Source: an uncultured Candidatus Peribacteria bacterium (GTDB lineage Bacteria > Patescibacteriota > Gracilibacteria > BD1-5 > UBA2023). Taken from it: a stretch of DNA of 33,914 nt. This document shows positions 17,973 through 29,184 of this stretch, piece after piece. The stretch is taken from the NCBI GenBank assembly GCA_964598195.1, contig CAZRBF010000003.1, positions 2,251 to 36,164 on the forward strand. Reading direction: 5' to 3'. Numbering within the stretch: position 1 is the first letter of the stretch; every line of letters begins with the position of its first letter. The notes beneath the pieces were generated by a model. The model searched no databases, had not been told where the DNA came from, and was given only the letters and a program-made list of their open reading frames with translations. The position numbers and the translations under genes are program-made.

Positions 17973-19553
17973 ATGACAACACATGCCGACGAAGTACAGA
18001 CTCGAATCGCAAAAGTAGAGCGGATGAAGGCTCTCGGGGTTATTCCTTATGCTGCATCTTTTGATAAGAAACATTCTATCCAATCACTTGCGAGTTTCTC
18101 AACAAATGCTTTTCGGGAGATAGAAACCGTTATAGCTGCTCCTATTAATAATGTTAAAACTGCGGGGCGGGTGACCCTCTATCGGAGTTTTGGAAAGATC
18201 TCATTTGCTAAGATCCAGGATTCGACTGGAGAAATCCAGATTATGTTTTCGAGAGAAAATTGTTCTATCATGAAATGAGAGACCGGTCTCAAGGAACTGA
18301 GACCGGTCTCAGAATGAGAGGAAATTTCTGCCTATAAGTTCATGGAGAAACTGGTAGATATGGGCGATTTCATAGGTATCGAGGGGGAATTATTTCTCAC
18401 TCATAAAGGAGAACTTACCGTATTTGTTTCTGCTTTTACCTTTCTCTCCAAGGCCATTCGACCACTTCCCGAGAAATTCCATGGGATCAAGGACGAAGAA
18501 ACGCTTTACAGACAGCGTTATCTCGACCTTATCTCCAATGATGAGACATATAACCGATTCCTTCTGCGATCAAAGTTCATAAAAGTCATGCGTGATTTTT
18601 ATGAAGAAGAGGGGTTTATCGAGCTTGAAACCCCAATTCTTGGAAATGCTGCATCTGGAGCCGCTGCTGCGCCATTTATCACGCATCATAACGATTATGA
18701 TTTGGACGTATTTCTCCGAATCTCCCCAGAAACTGCCCTCAAGAAAGCCACCGTTGGGCGATTCGAGCGGGTATTTGAGATCGCTCGCGACTTTCGAAAC
18801 GAAGGATCCGATCCTTCGCATTTGCAAGAATTTACCATGGTTGAACACTACGCCGCTTACTGGAATTATGAGGATAATATGCGATTCATAGAGAAGATGA
18901 TTAATAGTCTCTTTGAGCGATTAAAACTCGAAAAGACCGTGAAAATTAAGGATCGTGACGGAGTAGTTCAGGATGTCAATTTTGGTGCCACTTGGGAACG
19001 CATTGATTATATGAAACGCATTCAAGAGGTTACAGGAATCGACATTAGTAAGTACGAACCTGGTGATGAGGTAGTGTTTCAGAAGATCCTCAAAGAACAG
19101 AAAATTGTTATCGAGGGGATGGAAAAAATGGGGCTTACTACGCTCATTGACTATTTTTATAAGAAACTCGTACGACCAAAAATTGTTGGACCAGCTTTTC
19201 TGTATAATTACCCAAAATACATGCAACCGCTCGCTCGTGCTTCTGACGAGTTTCCAAGTATCGTAGAGCAGTTCCAGGTTGTCGTGAACGGATGGGAGAT
19301 TATCAAATCATACAGTGAACTCGTCGACCCTATCGATCAGAGAGCTCGGTTTGAAGAACAAGCAAAAGCAGCTGCCGCTGGAGATGAGGAGGCCACTTCT
19401 GCTGACTACGATTTCGTCCTTGCTATGGAATATGCTATGCCTCCGCAATCTGGTCTCGGATTTGGAATCGATCGATTCCTGACACTCATTACCGGACAGG
19501 AAAATCTTCGAGATGTCGTACTCTTTCCTCTTGTAAAACCAAAAGATATGTAG
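17973..19553 (+). CDS. lysS: Lysyl-tRNA synthetase, class II
   Basis: Track ORFs 17973..18278 and 18342..19553 are in one frame, joined by TGA at 18276 and 18315 (526 aa). OB-fold GRVTLYRSFGKISFAKIQDSTGEIQ. Class II core RQRYLDLI, LETPIL, FRNEG, GLGFGIDRFLTLITG. TAG stop. Confidence 0.95.
18279..18311. repeat. Two copies of the 12-bp palindrome GAGACCGGTCTC inside lysS
   Basis: GAGACCGGTCTCA at 18279-18291 and again at 18299-18311. Each copy is self-complementary, so the two can also pair with each other (12-bp stem, 8-nt loop). Confidence 0.8.
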
Positions 19554-19584
19554 AAATCTTCGAGAGTCCTTAACTTTCACCATT

Positions 19585-20688
19585 ATGGACAAGAAACAAT
19601 TTCTGGAGAGTTTTGTCTCTCTCTTGCCAGATAATTCTGGTCACCGAATGGATTCACTTGAAAAGATTCAAGAGGTACTATCTGGACTCAAATCCTCTAT
19701 CTCCAGCGCAAGTCTACTCGGAGAATTTGAAAAGATTGAAAAAGAGATACTCTGTCACGCTTGGATGTTTGAGCAGGTGTGCAACGGAAGGCTCTCTGGT
19801 CAGGAAGAAAGCACCGTATCATGACCCCTGATTGTCATATCTGTAGGACACGAGATATTGTTTGTAAATAGATCATACTGCTTGGTTAGTGGCCTTTCTC
19901 CATCGGAAATTCAACTTCGCTCAAAAGAAAAAACGCTCTATGAGAAAATCTACAATCCAACTGATGCCACTCAAGCAAATGAAGCTATTTCACGACTCCA
20001 TATAGGAAAAGGCTATAAACAACTGGAGCTCTGTATGTTGCACTCTCGTCGACGATTTACCTGGAATTCATATGGATGAGTTGGGGGATCATTGGAGATC
20101 CGGTCATGAAAAGAGATATTTCACGAAAATGACCAGAAAAAAGAACGAGAAAAATTCTATCGCGGAAGCATTATGAGTACTGCTCGACTCATTGAAAAAC
20201 TCTATCAAGTAATTATCCATGAACCCTTGTCGGAAGAGGGTGAACAAAAACTCGTATGGATACAAGAATTTCTTGCTATGTTTGACTTCCTTTGGAATCA
20301 CAGTGATTTCTTCATGGAGATAATCGACATACCCACAGTCAAAGAGGGGAAAATTTATGGATTTTACAATACTATCTATGCCCAGTTTTTTCGATCATCA
20401 TTTAACGAAAAAATAAAATTTAAAGATATTATTACTATGGCCCATGGGGGAAATATAACGAATTTCTTTGCAGTGAGACATCTAAGCAAAGCCCCGTCAA
20501 CAGGTGAATTTATATTTCACAAATGCAATAAGGTCCCTGTGGCAAAAATTCACTGGCAATATTGCATATATCCACACGAACTCTCCCCTTGATACAATAG
20601 ACTATTTAGTGTAGGTGTACTGGTACAAAAAATTCAGACAAAAAATATATTTTCACGAATATTTCATTTTCTTTTTAAGAAAAATTAA
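19585..20688 (+). CDS. PAS-domain protein, no recognisable output domain
   Basis: Track ORFs 19585.., 19858.. and 20173.. are in one frame, joined by TGA at 19822, 20077 and 20107. A fourth TGA at 20590 carries the frame to TAA at 20686-20688 (367 aa). PAS-like PLIVISVGHEILFVNRSYCLVSGLSPSEI. Confidence 0.55.
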
Positions 20689-20717
20689 AAATACTATTAT
20701 CAACTTACTATTCCTCC

Positions 20718-22034
20718 ATGTCTTTTTTTCGCTCACTCGTAGCTCTCGACTCGCCTATACGGGTATTTTACCATTACCTCCGTGGTGCTATAGCCTTTCG
20801 CCTCTACTGAAACCCTGCCCGTGATATGATTGTCATAGGTATAACGGGGAGCAAGTGAAAAACAACGGTAACCAATCTGGTGGCTCGTGGACTCGAACAT
20901 GCTGGAAAAAAGGTGTTCATGTTCTCAACTGCAAACTACTCGATCAATGGTCAGTGGTCAGAGAATAATATGAAAATGACTTCCCCTTCTCCTTTTGTCC
21001 TGCAACGACTCCTCCTGGAAGCGAAAAAAGCTGGGTGTGAATATGCGGTCATCGAGACCTCCAGTCATTCGATTTTCTATAATCGAAACTATGGGATAGA
21101 CTACGATGTCGCAGTTCTGACGAATATATCACAAGACCATCTCGATCTTCATAAGACTATGGATAACTATGCAGCAACGAAGTTGCAACTTTTTACCAAT
21201 CTCGTTACCTATCGTAGAAAGCCCTGAGTCAAAAAAGTGACCGTTATCAACATCGATTCAGATTATGCCAGCATGTTTCTCTCTGAGCCAACACCAGACA
21301 CTATGTATAGTTATGGGATGGCAGCCAATGCACAAATCCGCCCTCAGAATATCCACTACCTCAAACATGGTACGGAATTTGAGATTAAGATGCCCTCCAA
21401 TATCGTTGCTATCAAAACAAAGCTTCGTGGAAAGTTCAATGTGAGCAACATCCTCGCAGCTGTGAGTGTACTTATCTCCCAGAAAATCGATATACCCACT
21501 ATTGTTGCAGCCATCGAATCGGTAGAAGTGATCCCAGGACGACTCGAAGAGATAGAAAACAATCGGGGACTGACTATCTTTGTAGACTATGCCCACACAG
21601 AAGACAGTCTCAGAAATGTTCTCGAAACTCTCAAACAGATGGAGGGGATCGGAAAGATTATCACTGTATTCGGTGCAACCGGTGATCGTGACACCATAAA
21701 ACGTCCAAAGATGGGACGAGTAGCCGACACCCTGAGTGATGTCGTAATCCTCACCGAGGATGATAATTACACCGAAAATAGCCTGAAGATTCTCAAAGAG
21801 GTATCCATGGGGATCAAGCGTAAAGAAGGGGAAGGATTCTGGATTATTCCATCCCGTATGGATGCTATACGCACAGCCCTTGTAATGGCAGAAAAAGAGG
21901 ACGTGGTAATCATCGCCGGAAAATGAGCAGAGACGAGCCAGGTAACCAACTCTGGATCTATCGCCTGGGATGATCGTGCTGTAACCAGAAAGATCCTCAA
22001 GGAGATAGATGAGAATGAAATAGTACTTGGGTAA
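20718..22034 (+). CDS. murE: Mur ligase, MurE-like (UDP-MurNAc-tripeptide synthetase) with short N-terminal region
   Basis: ATG at 20718. Pieces 20880.. and 21237.. are in one frame with four in-frame TGA (438 aa). P-loop VIGITGSK-G-KTTVT (TGA 20856), IETSSH, NISQDHLDLH, GKFNVSNILAAV, VDYAHTEDSL, GATGDRDTIKRPKMG, IIAGK-G-AE. TAA at 22032-22034. Confidence 0.85.
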
Positions 22035-22445
22035 TTACCTCCCCTCCTTCTCTATATCATCAAACATCGTATCGATATCTTTCGTGATGCGTTGAACTTC
22101 TGGGTCTTTTTCCATATCATTTGTGGAATTAGTCTGAGTACTGATACCTGTTCCAACGGATACTCCATTGCTTCAGGCAGTCATAGTATCATCACCCTGA
22201 GTCATGGTGGCACCATTGCCTCCGGCGGTAATGGTTCCTGAGCCATTGGTCATCTGGATACTTCCATCATTACTCACGGAAACACCACCACTGTCTTGAC
22301 TCACGGAAACACCCGAGTCAGAAATCTGTACTCATCCGACATTGATATCTCCTGCATTTTTTACCGAAATATTCTCATTCGGAGTTACAGAAGAGCCACA
22401 TGATATAAGTCCGAAGACCAAAAAACTCATAAAAAAATATTTCAT
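22035..22445 (-). CDS. Small Gly/Ser/Thr-rich lipoprotein
   Basis: Start chosen at Met 22443-22445, which gives MKYFFMSFLVFGLISCGSS (lipobox). Two in-frame TGA. GVSVS-type low-complexity repeats, acidic C-terminus. The TAA stop at 22035-22037 abuts the murE stop (TAATTA). An upstream ATG at 22532 is possible but would place 29 aa ahead of the signal peptide. Confidence 0.5.
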
Positions 22446-22572
22446 AAAAAAGGATTTTAGCGAATAAATACCCTGAAAGTATAGGGATATTTTCTTATAA
22501 ATCAAAAAATCTTTTGACTTTAACTTTTTCATCCCTATCCTCGGACCTAATTATCCCATTTTCACTCCATTC

Positions 22573-24780
22573 ATGAAAAATCTCGTCATCGTCGAATCTC
22601 CAGCCAAAGGAAAAACTATCGAGAAATTTCTCGGGAAGGACTTTGTTGTGAAGGCTTCGTTTGGACACATTCGCGATCTTGCCAAGAAAGACCTCTGAAT
22701 CGATATAGAAAATAATTTCACCCCTACATATATAGTATCTGATGAAAAGAAAAAAACAGTGACCGAACTCAAAAAACTCGTAAAAGAAGCTGAGAAGGTA
22801 TGGATAGCAACGGACGAAGACCGAGAAGGAGAAGCTATCGGATGGCATCTTTGTGAGGCTCTGGGAGTAGATGCAAAAACTGTTTCTCGAATAGTATTTC
22901 ATGAGATTACTAAGCCGGCGATTGAGGCAGCGATTGCGAGTCCTCGCCATATTGACATGGATCTCGTAAATGCACAACAGGCTCGGAGAATTCTCGATCG
23001 ACTGGTGGGGTTTAAGGTCTCTCCAGTTCTTTGGCAGAAAATCCGTACTGGACTCTCAGCTGGACGTGTACAATCTGTTGCGGTCAAGCTTATCGTCGAA
23101 CGGGAGCGTGAGATCAAGGATTTCAAGCCAGAAGAGAGCTGGAAACTCCGAGTTGAAGCGGAAGCTAAGTGAGTAAAATTTGGAATCGATTTCGCGAAAA
23201 TTTCTGGAAAAGTAAAAAAACTCAAAAATACAGAGGATATCCAAAAACTTCTGTCCACTTTAGGACTCGTCGTATCTACTCTTGTCGAAAAAACAGACAA
23301 GAAGGGGAATAAGTTCTACGAAGCAGTGACAACGCTCGAATTTACTCTCGATGACGCAGACAAGAAGAATACTACGAGACTTCCTGGAGCTCCATTCACG
23401 ACATCTACCCTCCAGCAGGAAGCTTCTCGAAAACTTGGCTTCTCGGTAGCACAAACTATGACCGTGGCACAAGGACTCTATCAGAATGGATTTATCACCT
23501 ATATGCGAACCGATTCCGTGAATCTTTCGACGCTCGCCATGGATGCCTGTCGAGTATATATCGACACAACTTTCGGGAAAGAGTACTCTATAGCCGGTGG
23601 ACGGAAATACAAAACAAAACAGGCCAATGCACAGGAAGCACACGAAGCGATTCGTCCCGCGTACATTGACAAAACCCCTGATACTATCGGTCTGGAAGGT
23701 GGTGAACTTCGACTCTACCGACTGATCTGGGAGCGAACCGTTGCTTCTCAGATGCAAGAAGCCAAAATCGAGACAACTACTTTCACATTTTCTCCAACAG
23801 TTGCTGCTGATCAAGAGTGGATTTCCAAAGGAGAAGTCATTAAGTTCCCCGGGTTTATGAAGCTCTATGTCGAAGGGAATGATGATGAGGAGAGTGAAGA
23901 TGGAGCAGGTCCAACCACTCTTCCAGATCTCAAAGTCGGAGAAACAGCCCTTGCAACAAAACTGCTCGGATCTCAGACATTCTCTCGACCACCGAGTCGA
24001 TATACAGAAGCTATGCTCGTCAAGAAGCTTGAATCCGAAGGAATTGGTCGTCCATCTACCTATGCTCCGACCATTGGAACCATCGTCGAGCGAGGATATG
24101 TGGAAAAGATAGACAAGAAGCTCGCCCCGACCGATATCGCCTTTACGGTGAATGATTTCCTCGAGTCCAAATTTCCAGAACTTATGGATTATAAATTCAC
24201 CGCCAAAGTCGAGGAAGAATTCGATACCGTTGCCACTGGAGAGCTCGAGTGGACCAATATGCTCGGGACTTTCTACACAAAATTTAGCACTTATCTCATC
24301 GCTGCCATGGAAGAAAAAGGAAAAGTTCAGGAAAAAGTCGGACGCGCTTGTCCTAAGTGCGATTCAGAACTCGTGTATAAATTCTCAAAAAATGGTCGAT
24401 TTATCGGATGTTCCAACTACCCAACCTGTGATTTTCTTGAGAATATCACCACCCCCGAAGCAGAAGGACATCTTGCTGAACTAAAGGCTGAGCACGAAGG
24501 CAAACCATGTCCAGCCGGAGGAACGATCGTTGTCAAAACCGGTCGATTTGGACCATTTCTTGCGAGTTCTCTCTATCCAGAAGTAAAATGGATCGGAAAG
24601 ATTCAAGATAAAAAACTCTCGGCCCTCGAAGAAAAACATGGTGGAGGAACCTGCGATAAGTGTGGCGAAGGGATCATGCACGTGAAAAGCTCGAAACGTG
24701 GACCGTTTCTCGCCTGCTCTGCCTATCCAGAGTGTAAGAATGCCAAAAATCTTCCAAAAGAAGAACCAGGAGAAGAGTAA
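22573..24780 (+). CDS. topA: DNA topoisomerase I (type IA)
   Basis: ATG at 22573. Pieces 22759.. and 23326.. are in one frame, joined by TGA at 22696 and 23170 (735 aa). Toprim [32 protein letters not shown]. Active-site region [11 protein letters not shown]-terminal Cys4 zinc ribbons (CPKCDSE...CSNYPTCDF; CDKCGEG...CSAYPEC). TAA stop. Confidence 0.95.
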
Positions 24781-24811
24781 AAATATGCTATAGATCTAAC
24801 CTTTTTAAATT

Positions 24812-25333
24812 ATGTTCAAACTCGTAGAATTTCTTCAAAAGCGCCCAAAAGATCGGACCATCCTCATGGGACGGGTAGTATTTGGTGTTATTATTGCCAT
24901 TCTTTTAGGGCTCAATCTTAACAATATCACACTTCACCTTCCAAGCGCACTTCAGTCCTACGAAAATATAGCCATATATGGACTCTTTATTCTCGCTATT
25001 ATTCCATTTTTTATGGGAGTAAGTGGTCTTTGTATTGCGAAGCGAAAATATATTCGTATTATGCAGATATCTTTCGGGGTTATCCTCTTTATTGTAGGAA
25101 ACTGGTTTGTTGATGTAAAAACTGCACCAACCACCACCCCTACAATTCCGACCCAAAGTGGTTCACTCGACTACAATGCACTCTCCGAATCAAAAACCCC
25201 TTCCAAGCCTGTCAATGTCGGTTTTTGGCTCGCTCTCCTCGGGATTCTCCCACTCATAGCAGGCATAAGTGGAAAATGTATCACCAGTAAATGTTTAAAA
25301 TACGGGGAAGTTATTAAAAAAATACGGGTATAG
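24812..25333 (+). CDS. Membrane protein, DUF2892/YgaP-like (tentative)
   Basis: Intact 173-aa ORF without TGA. Four hydrophobic helices. GVSGLCIAKR and GISGKCITSKC motifs recall DUF2892. Thr/Pro linker. TAG stop. Confidence 0.5.
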   Translation: MFKLVEFLQKRPKDRTILMGRVVFGVIIAILLGLNLNNITLHLPSALQSYENIAIYGLFILAIIPFFMGVSGLCIAKRKYIRIMQISFGVILFIVGNWFVDVKTAPTTTPTIPTQSGSLDYNALSESKTPSKPVNVGFWLALLGILPLIAGISGKCITSKCLKYGEVIKKIRV

Positions 25334-25351
25334 TCCCCTATTCAAAGGGTG

Positions 25352-25379
25352 TTGATTTTTGAAAATTTTTGGATATACT
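25352..25379 (+). promoter_or_regulatory. Possible htpX promoter
   Basis: TTGATT (25352-25357), 16-nt spacer, TATACT (25374-25379), 27 nt before the ATG at 25406. Confidence 0.35.
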
Positions 25380-25405
25380 TGTGCACGTATATCTTATTAT
25401 TCTCT

Positions 25406-26320
25406 ATGAACTTCCTTAAACGAGTATCACTCTTTCTTCTCACAAATATTGCTATTATCCTGGTGATAAGCGCATTGATATTTGTTTTTGAGCGTTATTT
25501 TGGCATTCATATAACCTCAGGAACTACGAATGGGTATCAGGGGTTATTTCTTTTTTCTCTTATATTTGGTTTTTCTGGAGCTCTTTTAAGCCTGGCCATT
25601 TCTCGATGGATGGCAAAAAGCACCTACGATATCAAGCTCCTTTCAGAGAGTCGTCTTATGGACTATGACCAGAAAACACAGCTCGTGTATACTACAGTTG
25701 CAAATATTGCCTGAAGAAATAGTATCAACATGCCCGAGGTTGGCGTATATGTGAGCGACGATCCAAATGCCTTTGCTACGGGTCCTTCCAAGAATCAAGC
25801 ACTTGTGGCGGTTTCTACCGGACTCTTGCAAAATATGACTTCCGCAGAGGTAGAAGGAGTTATCGCCCATGAGATGAGCCACATCCTCAATGGAGACATG
25901 GTTACTATGACACTCCTTCAAGGAATTCTCAATACTTTTGTGATCTTCTTCGCTCGTATTATCGGAAATATCATCGACAACGCCATTTTTAAGAATAGGG
26001 AAGGGAATGGTTGGGGGTACTATATCTCAGTTGTTATCCTAGAAGCCATGTTTGGAATTCTTGCCTCTCTCGTGCTTATGGCATTTTCACGTCATAGGGA
26101 ATATCGGGCTGACGAGGGAAGTTCCCGTCTTGTGGGAAAAGACAAGATGATACTGGCATTGAAACGTCTCGAGCATATTGTAACAAGCAAAGAGATTGTT
26201 GATGACGGCAAGCTCGCAACATTCAAAATCCACTCCGAATCAGGATTTCTGAGTCTTCTCATGTCACATCCGAGTCTCGAGGATCGTATTAAAAATCTTG
26301 AAAATAATTACCAATTATAA
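25406..26320 (+). CDS. htpX: Zinc metalloprotease HtpX (M48)
   Basis: Start taken at MNFLKRVSLFLLTNIAIILV, the HtpX-like N-terminus. The track start at 25349 is a GTG inside the promoter. One in-frame TGA at 25712 joins ORFs 25349.. and 25730... HEMSHILNGD zinc motif, second motif REYRADEGS. TAA stop. Confidence 0.9.
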
Positions 26321-26322
26321 CT

Positions 26323-27084
26323 ATGCTCCGAGCAAACCCCCATGTTTTCTCTCTTGGAGAAAAACAGTACACTATTCATAATGAAGAAGAACTAGCACTC
26401 GTGCTGGAGCTTATTGCTTCGTCAAAAAATGGATTCACCCTCCATAGACATATCATCATGACACTCGATGAAAAGCTCATGGATATTATAGTATCCTATA
26501 AAGGATTGATCCTTTGTATGAAACAATTAGAGTTTAAGAATCGCTTTTTACTTCTCATAAAAATTGGAGATACCCTTTCTCAGGTTATTGGTAAATCAGA
26601 ACAACTTGGAAGTATTCTCGCTGGTATTCCCGAGGAGGCCGACAAGATTCGTATTATCAAGAGTATTCGTACCAAAGGGCTTATTCGTATGATTCACACC
26701 CCAGATGATCTCTGAAATATTCTCGAATGGATATTTGGACCTGGAGAGAGGTTGGTTTTTGAGATGCTTGGAAAAACATTTCTCGAGTCACTTTTTGCAT
26801 ACGGAACAGATATATATAAAGTTTTTCACTTTCTCTCTGATGAGAACAAAAATATTCTCGCAGATCTTCTTACTCTTACCTTTATCAAGGCTCATATATA
26901 CACTGCAAATGATTTCTTTTATGTACTGAAGGCTCTGAGTAATGAAAAAGCTAGTGAATTTATACCCATTTTTAACCCAGAAGAAATACGTACAATTATC
27001 TGAGATAACGACACTCTTCATCATTTTCTTCCAAAAATTACCAAAGAAAAAGAATTCACTCTCTTACAACATATAAAAATTTAA
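26323..27084 (+). CDS. Hypothetical protein (253 aa), helical
   Basis: Track ORFs 26323.. and 26752.. are in one frame, joined by TGA at 26713. TGA at 27001 extends the gene to TAA at 27082-27084. No recognised motif. Confidence 0.5.
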
Positions 27085-27087
27085 ATT

Positions 27088-28152
27088 ATGCTTCATGAAT
27101 CTATCCTTATCGGATTAAATAATACTCAGATAGAAAACATAGTTCAGACAGGAAACACTGCTCTTGAGCCTCTTGCTGGATCGAGGTACCCTATGATCGA
27201 TACTCATGTTCATGCGGTCAACTTTCTCCAAGAAACACCAGGATTCGAGAATCTGATCATCCACATGAATCAATCCAATATACAAAAGGCAGTAGTTTTT
27301 TGACTTCCTGTTACCAAGCAGTGGTCCGAATATGAACGCGAAGCACCAGAATACTACCTCGATGATGATAGTGAATGTTACTACTATAGTGCGACCGATA
27401 CGATCGTTGCAGAAGAGTACAAAAATCTCTCTCCAGAGAATCAAAAACGCATCTACCCACTTATTTGTGGATTCAATCCTGCTGACAAACATGCCATCAA
27501 ACACATAGAACGAATGTATCGACTCTATCCAAATGTTTGGAGTGGCATCGGAGAGATTCTTCTCAGGCACGATGACCTCACTCTCCTTACCAACGGAGAT
27601 ATGCCTCGCATTAACAATAAAGCCCTCTATCCGATTTTTCAATTCGCAGATAACTACGATCTGCCAGTTTCTGTACACAATAATATTTCTACCACTTGGA
27701 TAGCTGATCGTCCGAAGTATCTCCATGAACTCGAAGAAATACTGCGAGAATTCCCGCGTGTAAAGATGATATTTTGTCACTGTGGAATCTCCAGACGTGT
27801 TTATGCACCGTTCTACAAAAAGATGATCGAACGACTCTTGCTCCAGTATCCAGGCCTTCATGTGGATTATTCATGGATTATCTTCGATGAAATTATCTGT
27901 AAAAATGGGGTTCCTGATCCTGAATGGATAGAACTCACCGAACGCTTTTCTACGAGAATCCTCATCGGATCTGATGTTATCGGGAACTTTCATAAAATCG
28001 GGGTTATCAACCATCGCTACGATGTATTTCTCGAGCGACTGAGCGAAGAAACCAGACAGAACATCTGCATGAACAATGCGGAAAGACTCTTTTCAAAAAC
28101 GCGATGAGTGGTTGAAAACGGCGAAAAAAGAGTGTATCCAGATGTTTTATAA
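27088..28152 (+). CDS. Metal-dependent amidohydrolase (TIM-barrel, amidohydrolase-2-like)
   Basis: Track ORFs 27088.. and 27514.. are in one frame, joined by TGA at 27301. TGA at 28105 extends the gene to TAA at 28150-28152 (354 aa). MIDTHVHAVNF metal-binding start, VSVHNN, FCHCG, LIGSDV. Confidence 0.7.
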
Positions 28153-28185
28153 TGAGCATGCCATATTTTTTAAACTGCAGTAGTT

Positions 28186-29043
28186 ATGGAAGAACTTTCC
28201 CTGGCCAGGATAAAAGGCTTTCTATGAAATACTCCTCCAGAGACGAAAAAAACACTCCAGGACTTTGATGTATTTCTTAAAGGTGAGTTAAAGAAAATCG
28301 ATTACGATCAAGAAAAAAGACTCGAGGTACTTTTCTATCTCCTCATCACAAAACTGCAACTCTCTCCCATGGAGACACCCGAAATTCGTGGGTATTTTTA
28401 CGAATTTTTAGAAGAGATGAAAAAGATTACCGTTTCTCTTACCAATGAAAATCACAAAAACTCAAAAAGTAAATTACTCCTTCATAGTATCTGACGTGCA
28501 TTTAAAGGTATTAGTTATCGACATAAAATTCTTTCAAACAAGGTACGGATAAATCAAATTCGAGCATATTTTCAACTCTGTGAGTATTACATTCATTTTC
28601 TTGAGCGGGTTTACAAAGATTTGAGCATGTCGGATCGAGTAATGGAACTCTACGTAGTACGCATGAACATAAAGCGAGATGCTCATTTTTTTTATCAGCG
28701 TTTTTGGCTCTACACTGGATTCACTATTTTTAAATGAATATCATTGTATGGAACAAGTTTTGGTCGTCTGGCTATTACCTGTTTTTCATCGATTATCCTC
28801 TTCTGAAGCATCTATTGGTTTGCAGATTTTTTTGCTCCATCCAATCTCCGAATGATTAAAGATCTTCATGATTATTCTAGCTATCTTTTTAATTCACTCA
28901 CCACGATATCTGGGCTCGGTATTGACGCAAGTCCTGCCACTTGACTCCAGCGTCTTGCTATGGGAATTAATACTATCTATGGTATGGTTGTTTTTGGCAT
29001 GCTTTTCAATGTCATTTCGACCAAACTCAGTATGAATAACTAG
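28186..29043 (+). CDS. Two-TM ion-channel-like protein with non-canonical pore signature
   Basis: No ORF of 60 aa or more appears in the track. The frame is open with five in-frame TGA (285 aa), TAG at 29041-29043. A soluble N-terminal region of about 170 aa, then TM1 (FGRLAITCFSSIILFGSIYWF), a pore-helix-like SYLFNSLTTISGLGIDASPAT-G-LQR and TM2 (INTIYGMVVFGMLFNVI). Confidence 0.5.
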
Positions 29044-29073
29044 TAATTTTTACGATATATTCAAGGGCAATAT

Positions 29074-29113
29074 AAAATAATCTCCAAAAAGTATACTTTT
29101 TGGAGATTATTTT
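29074..29113. terminator. Perfect 40-bp palindrome / hairpin terminator
   Basis: AAAATAATCTCCAAAAAGTA|TACTTTTTGGAGATTATTTT, A/T-flanked, 31 nt after the channel gene stop. Confidence 0.6.
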
Positions 29114-29184
29114 AACAAAAAAACTTGCCATATCACACATTATCGCTATAGTCAAATAATATTATATATGTAATAACTAATTAT

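Noticed and set aside
22495-23814. Minus-strand ORFs 22495..22977, 22899..23300 and 23260..23814 (133-184 aa)
   Set aside because: They are antisense to topA, whose plus-strand frame carries Toprim, active-site and zinc-ribbon motifs. The antisense translations are Ser/Arg/Phe-rich with no features.
25349-25405. Track start (GTG at 25349) for htpX, giving a 19-aa N-terminal extension
   Set aside because: The extension overlaps the predicted promoter boxes. The Met at 25406 gives the canonical HtpX N-terminus (M-x-x-x-K/R-x-x-LFLLTN).
27115-27861. 248-aa minus-strand ORF
   Set aside because: It is antisense to the amidohydrolase gene, whose plus-strand translation has clear family motifs (IDTHVH, FCHCG). 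The antisense product is low-complexity with no motif. It is a shadow ORF.
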